A stretch of DNA of 64,000 nucleotides from Rickettsiales bacterium (GTDB lineage Bacteria; Pseudomonadota; Alphaproteobacteria; Rickettsiales; JALZUV01), in NCBI GenBank assembly GCA_029252805.1, contig JAQXAR010000014.1, positions 4,198 to 68,197 on the forward strand, in the 5' to 3' direction. The notes under the pieces were generated by a model. The model saw nothing but the letters and a program-made list of their open reading frames with translations. It did not search any database and was not told the origin of the DNA. The position numbers and the translations under genes are program-made. How positions within the stretch are numbered: the stretch's first letter is position 1; each line of letters starts with the position of its first letter. This document shows, piece by piece, positions 1 through 9,929 of the stretch.

Positions 1-1
1 T

Positions 2-1111
2 ATGGTTAATCCTCCGCCTATGCGTGGTTCGACGATTTTATTTAAAGATTTTGCGGAATACCAACTTTCGCGCCAAGGTAAGCTTGGAACCGCAGTCTAC
101 GGGCGTTATGGCAATCAAGTCACTGAAAAATTCACGACTGATTTATGCGATCTCTTCGGCGCGGAAGGTGTCATCTTAACAGGATGCGGCAATTCCGCTT
201 TTGCCACTGCCCTTCTAGCGCTATTGAGTGCCGGAGATCATCTATTAATGATTGATACCGTTTATGAACCCACTCGTCATTTTTGCGATAAAGAGCTAAC
301 TCGTTTAGGCATTGAGGTTACTTACTATGACCCAGCCCTAGGCTCCGATATTGAAGCGCTCTTTCAAGATAATACTAAAGTTGTTTATGCTGAAAGCCCG
401 GGGTCACTAACCTTTGAAGTGCAGGATATTAGAGCGCTTTCGGCTGTGACTCACAAGCATGATGCTTACCTCGTATTAGATAATACTTGGGGGGCCCCCC
501 TACTCTGCGAACCTTTTGAACTAGGCGTTGATCTTTGGATTGCGTCTGCCAGTAAATACCTGTCTGGGCATTCTGATTTGTTGATGGGAATTGCTTGTGC
601 GAATGAGAAAACTTGGCCAGCACTTAAACGAGCTCATAAGAATATTGGGGCGAACGCAGGCAGTGAAGAAATTTTCCTTATGATGCGTGGAATGCGTACT
701 CTGGGTGTGCGTTTGCCTGCACATGAGAAAGTGGCATTAGAGATTGCTCACTGGTTGAAAACTCAGCCGGAAGTGACGCAAATTCTGCATCCAGCGTTTG
801 AAGAATGTCCGGGGCACGAATATTGGAAGCGCGATTTTAATGGCAGCAATGGCCTATTTGCTTTCCGCACCATTGCGATGAGTGATGCACAGATTGCAGC
901 TTTTGTTGATAATCTGCATCATTTCGGCATGGGCTGGAGTTGGGGTGGCTATGAGAGCCTAATTCTACCGCTATGGCTGGATAATATCCGTACGGCTAGC
1001 AAAGTCGGTGACGGCCAGTTATTCCGCGTTCATATTGGCTTAGAAGACGCTGGTGATCTAAAAGCTGATCTTGATAACGGCTTTACGAAGATGCGAGCGA
1101 TTTCCGCTTAA
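2..1111 (+). CDS. metC: Cystathionine beta-lyase (PLP-dependent Cys/Met metabolism family), 5' end truncated by window edge
   Basis: ORF is open to the window edge. PLP-lysine motif 'SASKYLSGHSDLLMG'. The C-terminal 'WSWGGYESLILP...HIGLEDAGDLKADLDNGF' closely parallels E. coli MetC as I recall it. Confidence 0.88.
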   Translation: MVNPPPMRGSTILFKDFAEYQLSRQGKLGTAVYGRYGNQVTEKFTTDLCDLFGAEGVILTGCGNSAFATALLALLSAGDHLLMIDTVYEPTRHFCDKELTRLGIEVTYYDPALGSDIEALFQDNTKVVYAESPGSLTFEVQDIRALSAVTHKHDAYLVLDNTWGAPLLCEPFELGVDLWIASASKYLSGHSDLLMGIACANEKTWPALKRAHKNIGANAGSEEIFLMMRGMRTLGVRLPAHEKVALEIAHWLKTQPEVTQILHPAFEECPGHEYWKRDFNGSNGLFAFRTIAMSDAQIAAFVDNLHHFGMGWSWGGYESLILPLWLDNIRTASKVGDGQLFRVHIGLEDAGDLKADLDNGFTKMRAISA

Positions 1112-1904
1112 ATCGCGTTATCGCCGCTAACACTGCAAAGAGCACCGTTCCTGTCAGTACGATGGACGGACCGGATGGCGTATCCCATGTAAGGGAGGCG
1201 AACAGCCCACCTATGACCATCACGAGCGCGATACAGGTGGCAAGAATGGCCATTTGCGCAGGATTTTTGGAAAAGAAACGTGCCGTTGCCGCTGGCAAAA
1301 TCAAGAGTGAGGTTATCAGCAATAGGCCGACAAGCTTAATGCTGATGGCGACGGTGAGCGCAACAAGAAGCATCAATCCAATACGGTAATAGCGTGTGTT
1401 GATGCCTTGCACAGTGGCCAGCTCTTCATTCATGGTGACGAGTAAAAACTCTCTCCAACGGAACCACAGAATGAATAACACAAAGCTCGCGAGAATATAA
1501 ATAGCGACTAAATCATCAGCAGTTACGGCAAGGATATCCCCGAATAAATAGGCCATCAGGTCAACTTGCAAGCTCGGCGTCATCGCCATGATGGTCACAC
1601 CCAGTGCCAAGCCGCCATGCGCGAGGATACCAAGTAATGTATCAGATGAGAAACGGCTCTTTTCATGTGCAAAACCAAGGATAAGGCCAATGCTGAGGGC
1701 AATCGGTAAAATCGCGAAGATAAGCGGAATTTGCCATAGGAGCCCCATCACGACCCCGAGCAACGCGGAGTGAGCAATCGCATCGCCGAAATAGGCCATC
1801 TTACGCCAAACGACAAAACAGCCTAGTGGTGCGGTCGCAATCGCTAGCATTATACCCGCTAATAAAGCGTGAATGAAGAAGTCGAACATTACGGCGTCGA
1901 ACAT
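1083..1904 (-). CDS. znuB: Zinc/manganese ABC transporter permease (ABC-3 family)
   Basis: 273 aa polytopic membrane protein of ZnuB/ABC-3 type. Overlaps the znuC stop, consistent with translational coupling. An alternative start at M6 (1889) is possible. Confidence 0.85.
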   Translation of the reverse strand: MFDAVMFDFFIHALLAGIMLAIATAPLGCFVVWRKMAYFGDAIAHSALLGVVMGLLWQIPLIFAILPIALSIGLILGFAHEKSRFSSDTLLGILAHGGLALGVTIMAMTPSLQVDLMAYLFGDILAVTADDLVAIYILASFVLFILWFRWREFLLVTMNEELATVQGINTRYYRIGLMLLVALTVAISIKLVGLLLITSLLILPAATARFFSKNPAQMAILATCIALVMVIGGLFASLTWDTPSGPSIVLTGTVLFAVLAAITRFKRKSLASS

Positions 1905-2689
1905 GTGTGTCCTTCTTCTGCGTGCTTAATGGTGCCATCCATACCATGTTGATGGTCGTGACGGTGAACGTAAAAGGCGATTTGTCGTGCGACATCTTCG
2001 CCGAATAGTTTGACGAATGCCGGGTCTTTACTCACCCCTTGTGGTGTACCGGAGCAGCAAATATGCCCATTTAGGCACAACACTCGATCGGTGTCTGCCA
2101 TCACGAGGTGCAGATCATGGCTGACCATCACCACGGCGCATTCACGCTCGCGGCTAACATTGCGAATCATGCGATAAAGTTCGGCCTGTCCGCCGAAATC
2201 AACGCCTTGCACGGGTTCGTCTAATACGAGTAATTCAGGCTTGCTCAGTAAAGCTTGCGCTAATAATACGCGTTGCAACTCTCCGCCTGAAAGTTGGCGC
2301 ATTTGGTGATCCAGAAGCTTTCCAATCTTTGTTAATTCGACAACTTGCGCGGGATTCACCGGAGATTTTGTCGATATCTTTAAGAAATATCGTACCGTCA
2401 TCGGAAAGTTAGGTTCGAAATGCACCTGTTGCGGCACGTAGCCGATACGCAATCCACGGCGACGGCGAATACGACCACTATCGGCTTTAATCAACCCTAA
2501 CAAACAACGAAGCAGCGTTGTCTTCCCGCAACCATTGGGGCCAATCAACGTCACAATCTCATTACGAGCAATCGAGAAATCCACCTCTTGCAGCACTTTG
2601 CGCCCTTGCAAACGCTTGCTAAGCGCCTGCGCCTCAATTAGGATGTCAGCCTTCGGTTTAGCCTGTAATAATGAGGGAATAGGATCCAT
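1889..2689 (-). CDS. znuC: Zinc ABC transporter ATP-binding protein
   Basis: Walker A 'GPNGCGKTT', ABC signature 'LSGGELQRV', Walker B 'LLVLDEP'. His-rich C-terminal tail 'HRHDHQHG' typical of ZnuC. Confidence 0.88.
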   Translation of the reverse strand: MDPIPSLLQAKPKADILIEAQALSKRLQGRKVLQEVDFSIARNEIVTLIGPNGCGKTTLLRCLLGLIKADSGRIRRRRGLRIGYVPQQVHFEPNFPMTVRYFLKISTKSPVNPAQVVELTKIGKLLDHQMRQLSGGELQRVLLAQALLSKPELLVLDEPVQGVDFGGQAELYRMIRNVSRERECAVVMVSHDLHLVMADTDRVLCLNGHICCSGTPQGVSKDPAFVKLFGEDVARQIAFYVHRHDHQHGMDGTIKHAEEGHTCSTP

Positions 2690-3515
2690 GATGCGTTATG
2701 TAGCATTATTTATGTTATGCGTTCAGCTTTTTTTTAGCGGTAGCGCTTTTTCAAACGAAGCAGAAAAGAAAATTGTCGCCACGATAAAGCCGGTGCATTC
2801 GCTAGCTACTATGGCCGCAGAAGCGCTTAAGCTCTCTCCCCCTCAATTGCTTTTAGAAGGGGCCGCTGATCCACACCATTTCTCGCTAAAGCCTTCACAA
2901 GCGAAGATGCTCGAAAAAGCGGATCTTGTTTTATTTGCAAGTGAGCAGATTGAAACTTTTTTGCAAAAACAGGTAGAAAAGACTCCTCTTAAATATTTCC
3001 CTCCCATTGCGTTTGAAAACGAAAACGCGACGAAATATTCGCATGCCTGGCTGGATATGAAGTTAACGTTGAAAATGCTGAAATCTATCTTCTTCATGTA
3101 TCGTAGCGGCAAAGTTGCGGGCGTTGAATATCTGCAGACAGCAGGTTCCCAAAAGCTGTTTAAGATACCGCAGCCTATTATGGATAAATTTATTGAACGC
3201 TCGACCGCTTATTTAAAAGTATTTGAGCCTTATAAAGGGCACACCGTGTGGTTTGATTCACTGGTGGGAGTACCTTTTGTTGAGCAATTCGGCGTTAAAG
3301 GCGGTGTTTTTAAAAATTTGCTAAAAGATTCTACGGAAAAAACCTGCCTCGTCGTGACACATGGTCATAACAGTAAAATGGAACGTACGGCCAAAGCACT
3401 CGGCCATAAAATTATTCATGTCGATCTACTAGGCGTGGACATTCCTGCGGGAAGTGAGCACTACTTTACGCTAATGGATAAGCTGGTTGCAGGCATATCC
3501 GCTTGTTTAGCTTGA
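2688..3515 (+). CDS. Periplasmic metal-binding protein, ZnuA/TroA (cluster A-I) family, divergent
   Basis: Signal peptide '[22 protein letters not shown]' begins at 2688. The track ORF starts upstream at 2535, inside znuC. Motifs '[10 protein letters not shown]' and 'SHAWLD' match ZnuA metal-ligand regions. There is no His-rich loop. Confidence 0.7.
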   Translation: MMRYVALFMLCVQLFFSGSAFSNEAEKKIVATIKPVHSLATMAAEALKLSPPQLLLEGAADPHHFSLKPSQAKMLEKADLVLFASEQIETFLQKQVEKTPLKYFPPIAFENENATKYSHAWLDMKLTLKMLKSIFFMYRSGKVAGVEYLQTAGSQKLFKIPQPIMDKFIERSTAYLKVFEPYKGHTVWFDSLVGVPFVEQFGVKGGVFKNLLKDSTEKTCLVVTHGHNSKMERTAKALGHKIIHVDLLGVDIPAGSEHYFTLMDKLVAGISACLA

Positions 3516-3565
3516 CCCACACTCGCAATTACTCAAAAATCGCGCCAACTAATAGGAGAACTCCC

Positions 3566-6238
3566 ATGCAAAGCCAAGATAGCTTCAAAACAGCACAAAC
3601 TCTCGAATCTAATGGTAAGACTTATCATTACTATAACATCAAAACAGCTGAGGCTGCTTTAGGTGCGGATATTGCGCGACTCCCTTACTCGCTCAAAATA
3701 TTGCTTGAGAACTTGCTGCGTTATGAAGATGGGCGTTCGGTCTCGAAAGAAGATATTGAAGCCTTTGCAACGTGGGTGAAGAACCAAAAGAACCCGCGCG
3801 AAATCGCTTACCGCCCTGCCCGCGTTTTGATGCAAGATTTTACCGGTGTTCCAGCCGTAGTTGATTTGGCCGCGATGCGAGATGCGATTGTGGGGATGGG
3901 TGAAGATGCGCAAAAGATTAATCCACTCTCTCCGGTGGATCTCGTAATTGATCACTCTGTAATGGTAGATAATTACGGAACAGATAGCGCATTTGATGAA
4001 AATGTTGAGCTGGAAATGACACGTAACAAAGAGCGCTACGAGTTCCTACGTTGGGGACAAAAAGCATTCGATAACTTCCGCGTAGTGCCTCCTGGAACGG
4101 GCATCTGCCACCAAGTAAACCTAGAGTATCTTGGCCAGTGTGTGTGGACGAAAGAAGTCGATGGCAAGGAATATGCTTACCCAGACACACTCGTTGGTAC
4201 CGATAGCCACACGACCATGATTAACGGCCTAGGTGTTTTGGGCTGGGGTGTGGGCGGTATTGAAGCAGAAGCAGCTATGCTTGGGCAGCCGATCTCGATG
4301 GTAATTCCTGAAGTCGTTGGTTTTAAACTGACAGGCAAACTTCCTGAAGGCATGACGGCGACTGATCTCGTGCTAAAAATTGTAAAAATGCTGCGCGATA
4401 AAGGCGTAGTGGGTAAGTTCGTTGAATTTTACGGCGAAGGTCTCAAGCACCTGTCTCTCGCAGACCGTGCGACCATCGCTAACATGGCGCCAGAATATGG
4501 TGCCACATGTGGTATCTTCCCGATTGATGAAGAAACTCTCAATTACCTCCGTCTAACAGGCCGCGACGAAGACCGCGTTGCTTTAGTCGAAGCCTATGCC
4601 AAAGCGCAAGGCATGTGGCGAGATGATAGTGCTAATCCGGTCTTTACCGATGTTATGGCGCTGAATCTTTCAACCATTGAGCCTGCTATCTCGGGCCCTA
4701 AACGTCCACAAGATATGATCTTGCTTGCAGATGCCGCTCCACAGTTTGTGAACAAAGATTGGGCAGACCTTAACACAGGTGACACAGGACAAGATTCTCG
4801 CGTTGCAGTGAAAGGCAAAGATTTCGATCTCGGCCATGGCGATGTCGTGATTGCTGCCATTACTTCTTGCACAAATACGTCGAACCCATCCGTTATGTTA
4901 GCCGCCGGTTTGGTTGCGCAAAAAGCGCGGGCGCTTGGTATGCAGGTGAAGCCTTGGGTGAAAACCTCTCTCGCACCGGGGTCACAGGTTGTGACTGAAT
5001 ATCTGAATCGTGCCGGACTTTCCGATGAATTAGATGGCCTCGGGTTTAACCTTGTCGGTTATGGTTGCACAACTTGTATCGGCAATTCAGGCCCCTTGAT
5101 GGAGCCGGTTGAAGATGCGATTAAAGATAATAAGTTGGTAGTAACTTCGGTTCTTTCTGGGAATCGTAACTTTGAAGGTCGTGTGCATCAGAATGTGCGC
5201 GGCAACTATCTTGCCTCCCCTCCTCTCGTGGTCGCTTATGCACTTGCAGGCTCGATGAATATCGACATCACAACGGAACCTCTTGGACAAGACCGAGATG
5301 GCAATGATGTGTTCCTAAAAGACGTATGGCCAACAAGCCAAGAAGTGTCTGACACGGTTGCACGTTGCGTAACACGTGAGATGTTCGAAGAAAAATATAG
5401 CGATGTATTTACGGGTCCAGAAGCGTGGCAGAATGTTGCTGTCGGCGAAGGTCAAACCTATGATTGGCAAGGTGCGAGTACGTATGTACGTCTTCCGTCA
5501 TTCTTTGATGGTATGGATGCTCCGGCTAATAGCGATGATATTAAGGGCGCAAAGCTTCTTGCTCTGCTGGGTGATTCTATCACAACGGATCACATTTCGC
5601 CTGCGGGCGGGATTGCACCCGGTAGCCCAGCTGCAGAATATTTAGAGGCGAATGGCGTTGATAAGAAAAATTGGAATTCTTACGGTTCGCGACGTGGCAA
5701 TCATGAAGTAATGATGCGCGGGACTTTCGCGAATGTTCGTATTCGCAACCAACTTGCCCCAGGTACCGAAGGTGGCTGGACAACTTACTTGCCAACGGGC
5801 GATCAAATGTCAATTTACGATGCGGCGATGAAATATGCGGAAACAGAGACTCCTCTCGTCGTTATGGGCGGTAAGGAATATGGCACAGGCTCATCACGTG
5901 ATTGGGCGGCTAAAGGCACGACCCTGCTTGGCGTAAAGGCAGTGATTACAGAGAGCTTTGAGCGAATTCACCGCTCTAACTTGATTGGTATGGGCGTCCT
6001 ACCTCTCAGCTTCAAGGATGGTATGAGCCATGCGTCGCTGGGTATTGATGGTTCTGAAGTGTTTGATGTTAAAGGCCTAGATACGCTGAAGCCCGGGTGC
6101 GATGTGGCGCTTTCGATTACCAAAAATGGTGAAACGCAGGAAGTACAATTGCTCTGCCGTATCGATACGCTGGATGAGCTGGATTACTACAGAAGTGGCG
6201 GAATTCTACGCTACGTGCTGAAAAACCTGGCGGCTTAA
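3566..6238 (+). CDS. acnA: Aconitate hydratase A
   Basis: ~890 aa with aconitase motifs ('DSHTTM', 'CTNTSNP', '[10 protein letters not shown]', '[10 protein letters not shown]'). ATG at 3566 is preceded by AGGAGA at 3554-3559. Confidence 0.96.
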   Translation: MQSQDSFKTAQTLESNGKTYHYYNIKTAEAALGADIARLPYSLKILLENLLRYEDGRSVSKEDIEAFATWVKNQKNPREIAYRPARVLMQDFTGVPAVVDLAAMRDAIVGMGEDAQKINPLSPVDLVIDHSVMVDNYGTDSAFDENVELEMTRNKERYEFLRWGQKAFDNFRVVPPGTGICHQVNLEYLGQCVWTKEVDGKEYAYPDTLVGTDSHTTMINGLGVLGWGVGGIEAEAAMLGQPISMVIPEVVGFKLTGKLPEGMTATDLVLKIVKMLRDKGVVGKFVEFYGEGLKHLSLADRATIANMAPEYGATCGIFPIDEETLNYLRLTGRDEDRVALVEAYAKAQGMWRDDSANPVFTDVMALNLSTIEPAISGPKRPQDMILLADAAPQFVNKDWADLNTGDTGQDSRVAVKGKDFDLGHGDVVIAAITSCTNTSNPSVMLAAGLVAQKARALGMQVKPWVKTSLAPGSQVVTEYLNRAGLSDELDGLGFNLVGYGCTTCIGNSGPLMEPVEDAIKDNKLVVTSVLSGNRNFEGRVHQNVRGNYLASPPLVVAYALAGSMNIDITTEPLGQDRDGNDVFLKDVWPTSQEVSDTVARCVTREMFEEKYSDVFTGPEAWQNVAVGEGQTYDWQGASTYVRLPSFFDGMDAPANSDDIKGAKLLALLGDSITTDHISPAGGIAPGSPAAEYLEANGVDKKNWNSYGSRRGNHEVMMRGTFANVRIRNQLAPGTEGGWTTYLPTGDQMSIYDAAMKYAETETPLVVMGGKEYGTGSSRDWAAKGTTLLGVKAVITESFERIHRSNLIGMGVLPLSFKDGMSHASLGIDGSEVFDVKGLDTLKPGCDVALSITKNGETQEVQLLCRIDTLDELDYYRSGGILRYVLKNLAA

Positions 6239-6293
6239 CGGTTTTCTAGCCTGCGGTCACAAAACTGACACATTGCCATGCTATTCTCATTCT

Positions 6294-6821
6294 ATGGGAA
6301 AATACTTTGATGGTGAAGGTAAATTAAATCCTCTGCAAATGTTGCAAGATTTAGGTGAAGAGCTATCCAAAATAGCAACCGAAGAAGTCGTCAAAGACGC
6401 AGTGCGTTCTGTTGCTAAGGGCGCTGCGATTAGCGTCGCTGGCGCGGGCACAGTAGCCGCTGTAAGTGCGGGCGGTACAACAGCAGCAGCAGCAGTAGGT
6501 GGCGGAGCACTTGGCGTCGCCGCACTCAATGAAGTTATAAAAGAGAATGAAGAACACTCCGTCGAAGTTACCACGCGAGAAGAAGCACAAGGCGGTGTTC
6601 CTTATGAAGAAGTTCTCCAAAAATATGTGAGCGCAGAAAATGAAAGCACTCAAATTGCACAACAGACTATAGAGGACAATGTCCCAGAAGAACCTTTTGC
6701 AGCTTTTCAAAAAGCGATGGCGGATGCTGGAATGGAAACAGTCAGTGAAACGAATACGGATACTTCATGTTTGCCACAAAAAGCGTCTCGCGAGCTCGAA
6801 CGAAGCTTCAGCTTGAACTAG
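6294..6821 (+). CDS. Hypothetical protein with a central Gly/Ala-rich hydrophobic segment and an acidic C-terminus
   Basis: ORF only, no family recognised. The segment 'AKGAAISVAGAGTVAAVSAGGTTAAAAVGGGALGVAAL' is glycine-zipper/TM-like. The 3' end overlaps the phaR 3' end by 14 nt, with the two genes convergent. Confidence 0.45.
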   Translation: MGKYFDGEGKLNPLQMLQDLGEELSKIATEEVVKDAVRSVAKGAAISVAGAGTVAAVSAGGTTAAAAVGGGALGVAALNEVIKENEEHSVEVTTREEAQGGVPYEEVLQKYVSAENESTQIAQQTIEDNVPEEPFAAFQKAMADAGMETVSETNTDTSCLPQKASRELERSFSLN

Positions 6822-7266
6822 ATTTTAGCGGATTCATCATTTCCATTGTTTTCTTAAACCACTCCGTTTGCTGATCCTGAATAGAGTCCCATTTTCCAAA
6901 AGACGAAAAATTCTTCAGAAGTTCCTCTTGGTTCGTCGTAAAACTTTGCATTGAACCGGTTAGGTAATTTGAAAATGATTGATGCATATCCGTATTATAA
7001 TAACGGATAAGCGATCGTAGCATTTCAACGGGCAGCATCTCGGCTCCCCCAGCCTCTTGCTCTAAGATAATCTGAACCAACACCTGACGAGTCAAATCGG
7101 CTTCGGTCTTGGCATCTTTCACAATAAACTTTACATCTTTTTTGACGAGTTCCGCCAAATCCTCCAGCGTTACATAGCTGCTCGTCTCCATATTATACAA
7201 CCGGCGGTTTGCATATTTCTTAATATAAACGGGCTCGGTAGTATCTTTTGCTTTTTTCTCATTCAT
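6808..7266 (-). CDS. phaR: Polyhydroxyalkanoate synthesis repressor PhaR
   Basis: N-terminal 'IKKYANRRLYNMETSSYVTLEDLAELVK' is the hallmark PhaR DNA-binding region. Sits beside phaC/A/B. Confidence 0.9.
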   Translation of the reverse strand: MNEKKAKDTTEPVYIKKYANRRLYNMETSSYVTLEDLAELVKKDVKFIVKDAKTEADLTRQVLVQIILEQEAGGAEMLPVEMLRSLIRYYNTDMHQSFSNYLTGSMQSFTTNQEELLKNFSSFGKWDSIQDQQTEWFKKTMEMMNPLKSSSS

Positions 7267-7327
7267 GACTTGAATTCTCAGTTGTTATCAGAGTATAAGG
7301 TTACTCTTTGTTAATATTTAGAATGCT

Positions 7328-7705
7328 ATGGAACCTGAAGATTTTGCACGTCAGTTTTTCGATATATGGCAAGACTCCTTCAGCAATGCGATGGAAGAGT
7401 CTAGCCTAAACTCGAAATTACTTCATTTGATGGAACAATCCAATGATTTATGGCATAGCAGTACAAAAAAAACGGAAACGCATGCGGTAAGTAATGGGAC
7501 ACCCTATCAACAATCTAGCAAGCCTGATGAACATAGCGAACGCTCAGTTCAAGAACTGGCCAGCCGTCTTGAGAAGTGCGAACAGCGAATTCACGTCCTC
7601 GAAACCATTATCCGTGGCGAATTTGGGAAGGCTCCAGACACTCGAAAGAGCTATCCAGAAGGAGAGCGAAACGCGCGAATCAAGGTTTCTAAGGGGACTG
7701 GATAG
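7328..7705 (+). CDS. Small PhaE / class IV PhaR-like putative PHA synthase partner subunit (hypothetical)
   Basis: 125 aa ORF directly upstream of phaC. The N-terminal Trp-containing segment 'FARQFFDIWQDSF' and the C-terminal heptad-like helix 'SVQELASRLEKCEQRIHVLETII' resemble the ends of PhaE and Bacillus PhaR. Its 3' end overlaps the phaC frame. Confidence 0.4.
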   Translation: MEPEDFARQFFDIWQDSFSNAMEESSLNSKLLHLMEQSNDLWHSSTKKTETHAVSNGTPYQQSSKPDEHSERSVQELASRLEKCEQRIHVLETIIRGEFGKAPDTRKSYPEGERNARIKVSKGTG

Positions 7706-8669
7706 ATACCGCGATTCTAAGTTCATTGGCCCCCAGTTAAGCCCTACTACCAGCGTTATTGAAGGCAAACATTGTAACTTACGTTTTTATAATTCGGGCA
7801 ATCGCAAAGATGCGGAACGCCGCCCTTTGGTGCTATGCATCCCTTCTTTGGTCAATAAATACTATATTCTCGACCTCACCCCTCAAACCAGTCTGGTTCA
7901 GCATTTAAACCGTGATGCATTAGATGTGTGCATTGTTGAGTGGCATACGCCCGAAGAACAAGATTTTGATATGGGCGTCGATGGGTATGTGCTGAGCCTG
8001 CTCGAAACACTTCAGGAGCATTGGGGAATTATTAATCGACCTCTTGTTACCGTTGGCTATTGTCTCGGCGGCGTGATTGCCACGGCATTCACCTGCCTAT
8101 TCCCGCGTGTACTGGGTTTGGCTCTTTTAGCGACACCTTGGGATTTCAGCCATTATTCCTTTGCTAAAATGGAAAATGAGCAACGCCTAGCGCTGCGCCA
8201 GAAAATTGATAAACGCCCCCTCTTTGCATCTGAAAATGTGCAATCCCTATGTTATTTAGCCAATGCGGGACGTGTGATTAAGCAATTTAGTAAATTCTCC
8301 GAGTCGAGCAGTATCCGTGATGAGATGCATTTCGTCGCCATGCAGCATTGGGCCAATGATGGTGTTGATGTGACACGTGCGGTCGCGGAACAATGCCTAT
8401 TAGATTGGCCAAAAGATAATCCACTTCCTAAGGGAATATGGGAAGTGGGCGGACAAGTGATTCGCCCCAAGGAACTCAATATCCCTATTTTTGCTGCTGT
8501 TCCCACCCGCGATAACATCGTGCCTTATGAATGCGCTATTCCATTGGTAGATGGCATGCAGGATGTTACGCTCATCAAACCATCTTCGGGCCATGTCGGC
8601 ATGGTAGCCGGGCTTGAACAAGGGGAAAGTATGCTGCTGCCAATGAAGCGCTGGATGACGCAGTTCTAA
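7494..8669 (+). CDS. phaC: Class III-type poly(3-hydroxyalkanoate) synthase catalytic subunit PhaC (start unresolved: ATG 7494 or 7527, or GTG 7614)
   Basis: Lipase-box with catalytic Cys 'GYCLGG'. 'PLVLCIPSLVNKYYILDL' and 'SSGHVGMVAG' parallel Allochromatium class III PhaC as I recall it. A GTG 7614 start would give ~351 aa, matching class III length. Confidence 0.8.
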   Translation: MGHPINNLASLMNIANAQFKNWPAVLRSANSEFTSSKPLSVANLGRLQTLERAIQKESETRESRFLRGLDRYRDSKFIGPQLSPTTSVIEGKHCNLRFYNSGNRKDAERRPLVLCIPSLVNKYYILDLTPQTSLVQHLNRDALDVCIVEWHTPEEQDFDMGVDGYVLSLLETLQEHWGIINRPLVTVGYCLGGVIATAFTCLFPRVLGLALLATPWDFSHYSFAKMENEQRLALRQKIDKRPLFASENVQSLCYLANAGRVIKQFSKFSESSSIRDEMHFVAMQHWANDGVDVTRAVAEQCLLDWPKDNPLPKGIWEVGGQVIRPKELNIPIFAAVPTRDNIVPYECAIPLVDGMQDVTLIKPSSGHVGMVAGLEQGESMLLPMKRWMTQF

Positions 8670-8750
8670 ACAATTTCCACAGCGGTACTGGACAGTGCAT
8701 CTTCCCTACCCTAAAACAATTCCACACTGTCAATGAATCTGGAGTCCTCT

Positions 8751-9920
8751 ATGTCTGATATCGTTATTGTTGCTGCTAAACGTACCGCTATCGAGCGTTT
8801 CTTGGGCGGGTTTTCATCCCTCGCGGCACATGAACTCGGCGCGGCTGTTATCAGCAATCTATTAGAAGAAACTGGCATACCTGCTGAAGCGGTGTCCGAA
8901 GTGATTTTAGGGCAAGTTTTGACAGCGGGTCACGGTATGAACCCCGCTCGTCAGGCCTCTTTGGGTGCAAACTTGCCGATTGGAACTCCCGCATGGACTA
9001 TTAATCAAGTGTGTGGCTCAGGCTTACGTACAGTTGCTCTAGCCTCTCAAGCGATTGCCAATGGCGATAGTGATATTGTGATCGCCGGTGGTCAGGAAAG
9101 CATGAGTAACTCTCCACACGTGGCTCACTTGCGCGATGGCGTAAAGATGGGCAATGGTAAGCTGATCGATACCATGGTTTATGATGGCCTAACGGACATC
9201 TTCAACGGCTATCACATGGGGATCACCGCTGAGAATGTGGCGAAAGAATATGAGCTAAGCCGTGTAGATCAAGATGCCACAGCCCTCGCCTCTCAAGATA
9301 AATACCAAGCGGCGCTTGCGAGTGGAAAATTCACTGACGAAATCGTGCCCGTCACGATCAAGCATCGCAAAGGTGATGTAACGGTGGATACAGATGAGCA
9401 CCCACGTGCTACCACGATGGAAATACTGGGTGGTTTGCGCCCCGCTTTCGATAAAGAAGGCACGGTAACAGCGGGTAATGCATCGGGCATTAATGACGGC
9501 GCTGCCGCTGTTATGATGATGTCTCGTGAAACAGCACAGAAACATGGGCTGACTCCGCTCGCAACGATTAAATCATGGGCGCAGGCCGGTGTGGATCCGA
9601 AAGTCATGGGTACAGGTCCTATCCCTGCCACGAAAAAAGCGCTCGAGAAAGCCGGTTGGACGCATAATGATTTAGATCTGATCGAATCGAACGAAGCGTT
9701 TGCCGCACAAGCGTTGGCAGTCAATAAAGGCATGGACTGGGATACGGACAAGGTAAATGTGAATGGCGGATCCATTGCATTAGGTCACCCAATTGGTGCC
9801 TCAGGTTGCCGTATATTAGTTACTTTATTACACGAAATGAAACGTCGTGACGCGAAAAAAGGCCTTGCTACTTTATGTATTGGTGGCGGCATGGGCATCG
9901 CGCTTTGCGTTGAACGATAG
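8751..9920 (+). CDS. phaA: Acetyl-CoA acetyltransferase (beta-ketothiolase)
   Basis: Thiolase motifs: '[10 protein letters not shown]' with the active Cys, '[11 protein letters not shown]', and C-terminal '[12 protein letters not shown]'. ATG 8751 is preceded by GGAG. Confidence 0.93.
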   Translation: MSDIVIVAAKRTAIERFLGGFSSLAAHELGAAVISNLLEETGIPAEAVSEVILGQVLTAGHGMNPARQASLGANLPIGTPAWTINQVCGSGLRTVALASQAIANGDSDIVIAGGQESMSNSPHVAHLRDGVKMGNGKLIDTMVYDGLTDIFNGYHMGITAENVAKEYELSRVDQDATALASQDKYQAALASGKFTDEIVPVTIKHRKGDVTVDTDEHPRATTMEILGGLRPAFDKEGTVTAGNASGINDGAAAVMMMSRETAQKHGLTPLATIKSWAQAGVDPKVMGTGPIPATKKALEKAGWTHNDLDLIESNEAFAAQALAVNKGMDWDTDKVNVNGGSIALGHPIGASGCRILVTLLHEMKRRDAKKGLATLCIGGGMGIALCVER

Positions 9921-9929
9921 GAGAAGAAA

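Noticed and set aside
2640-2740. Zur box at the znuC/znuA junction
   Set aside because: I found only a direct repeat of GTTATG (2695-2700 and 2713-2718) inside the znuA signal-peptide codons. There is no convincing GTTAT-N-ATAAC style palindrome, so I made no regulatory call.
7267-7327. PhaR operator in the phaR/phaE-like divergent spacer
   Set aside because: The spacer is AT-rich and I could not identify a clear dyad or a repeated motif of the type reported for PhaR, so no call is supportable.
7465-7472. An A8 homopolymer as a possible frameshift site fusing the small PhaE-like ORF to phaC
   Set aside because: The phaC frame is closed by TAA at 7488-7490, downstream of the A-run. A slip at the A8 tract therefore cannot join the two frames, and I saw no slippery heptamer in the real overlap region (7494-7705).
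9293-9775. 160 aa ORF antisense to phaA. Similar shadow ORFs lie opposite holB (51377-51910), icd (60587-61117), the NifS-like gene (39803-40216) and rlpA (54639-55034).
   Set aside because: Each lies entirely within a confidently identified conserved gene on the other strand. None shows recognisable protein motifs. They are typical shadow ORFs.
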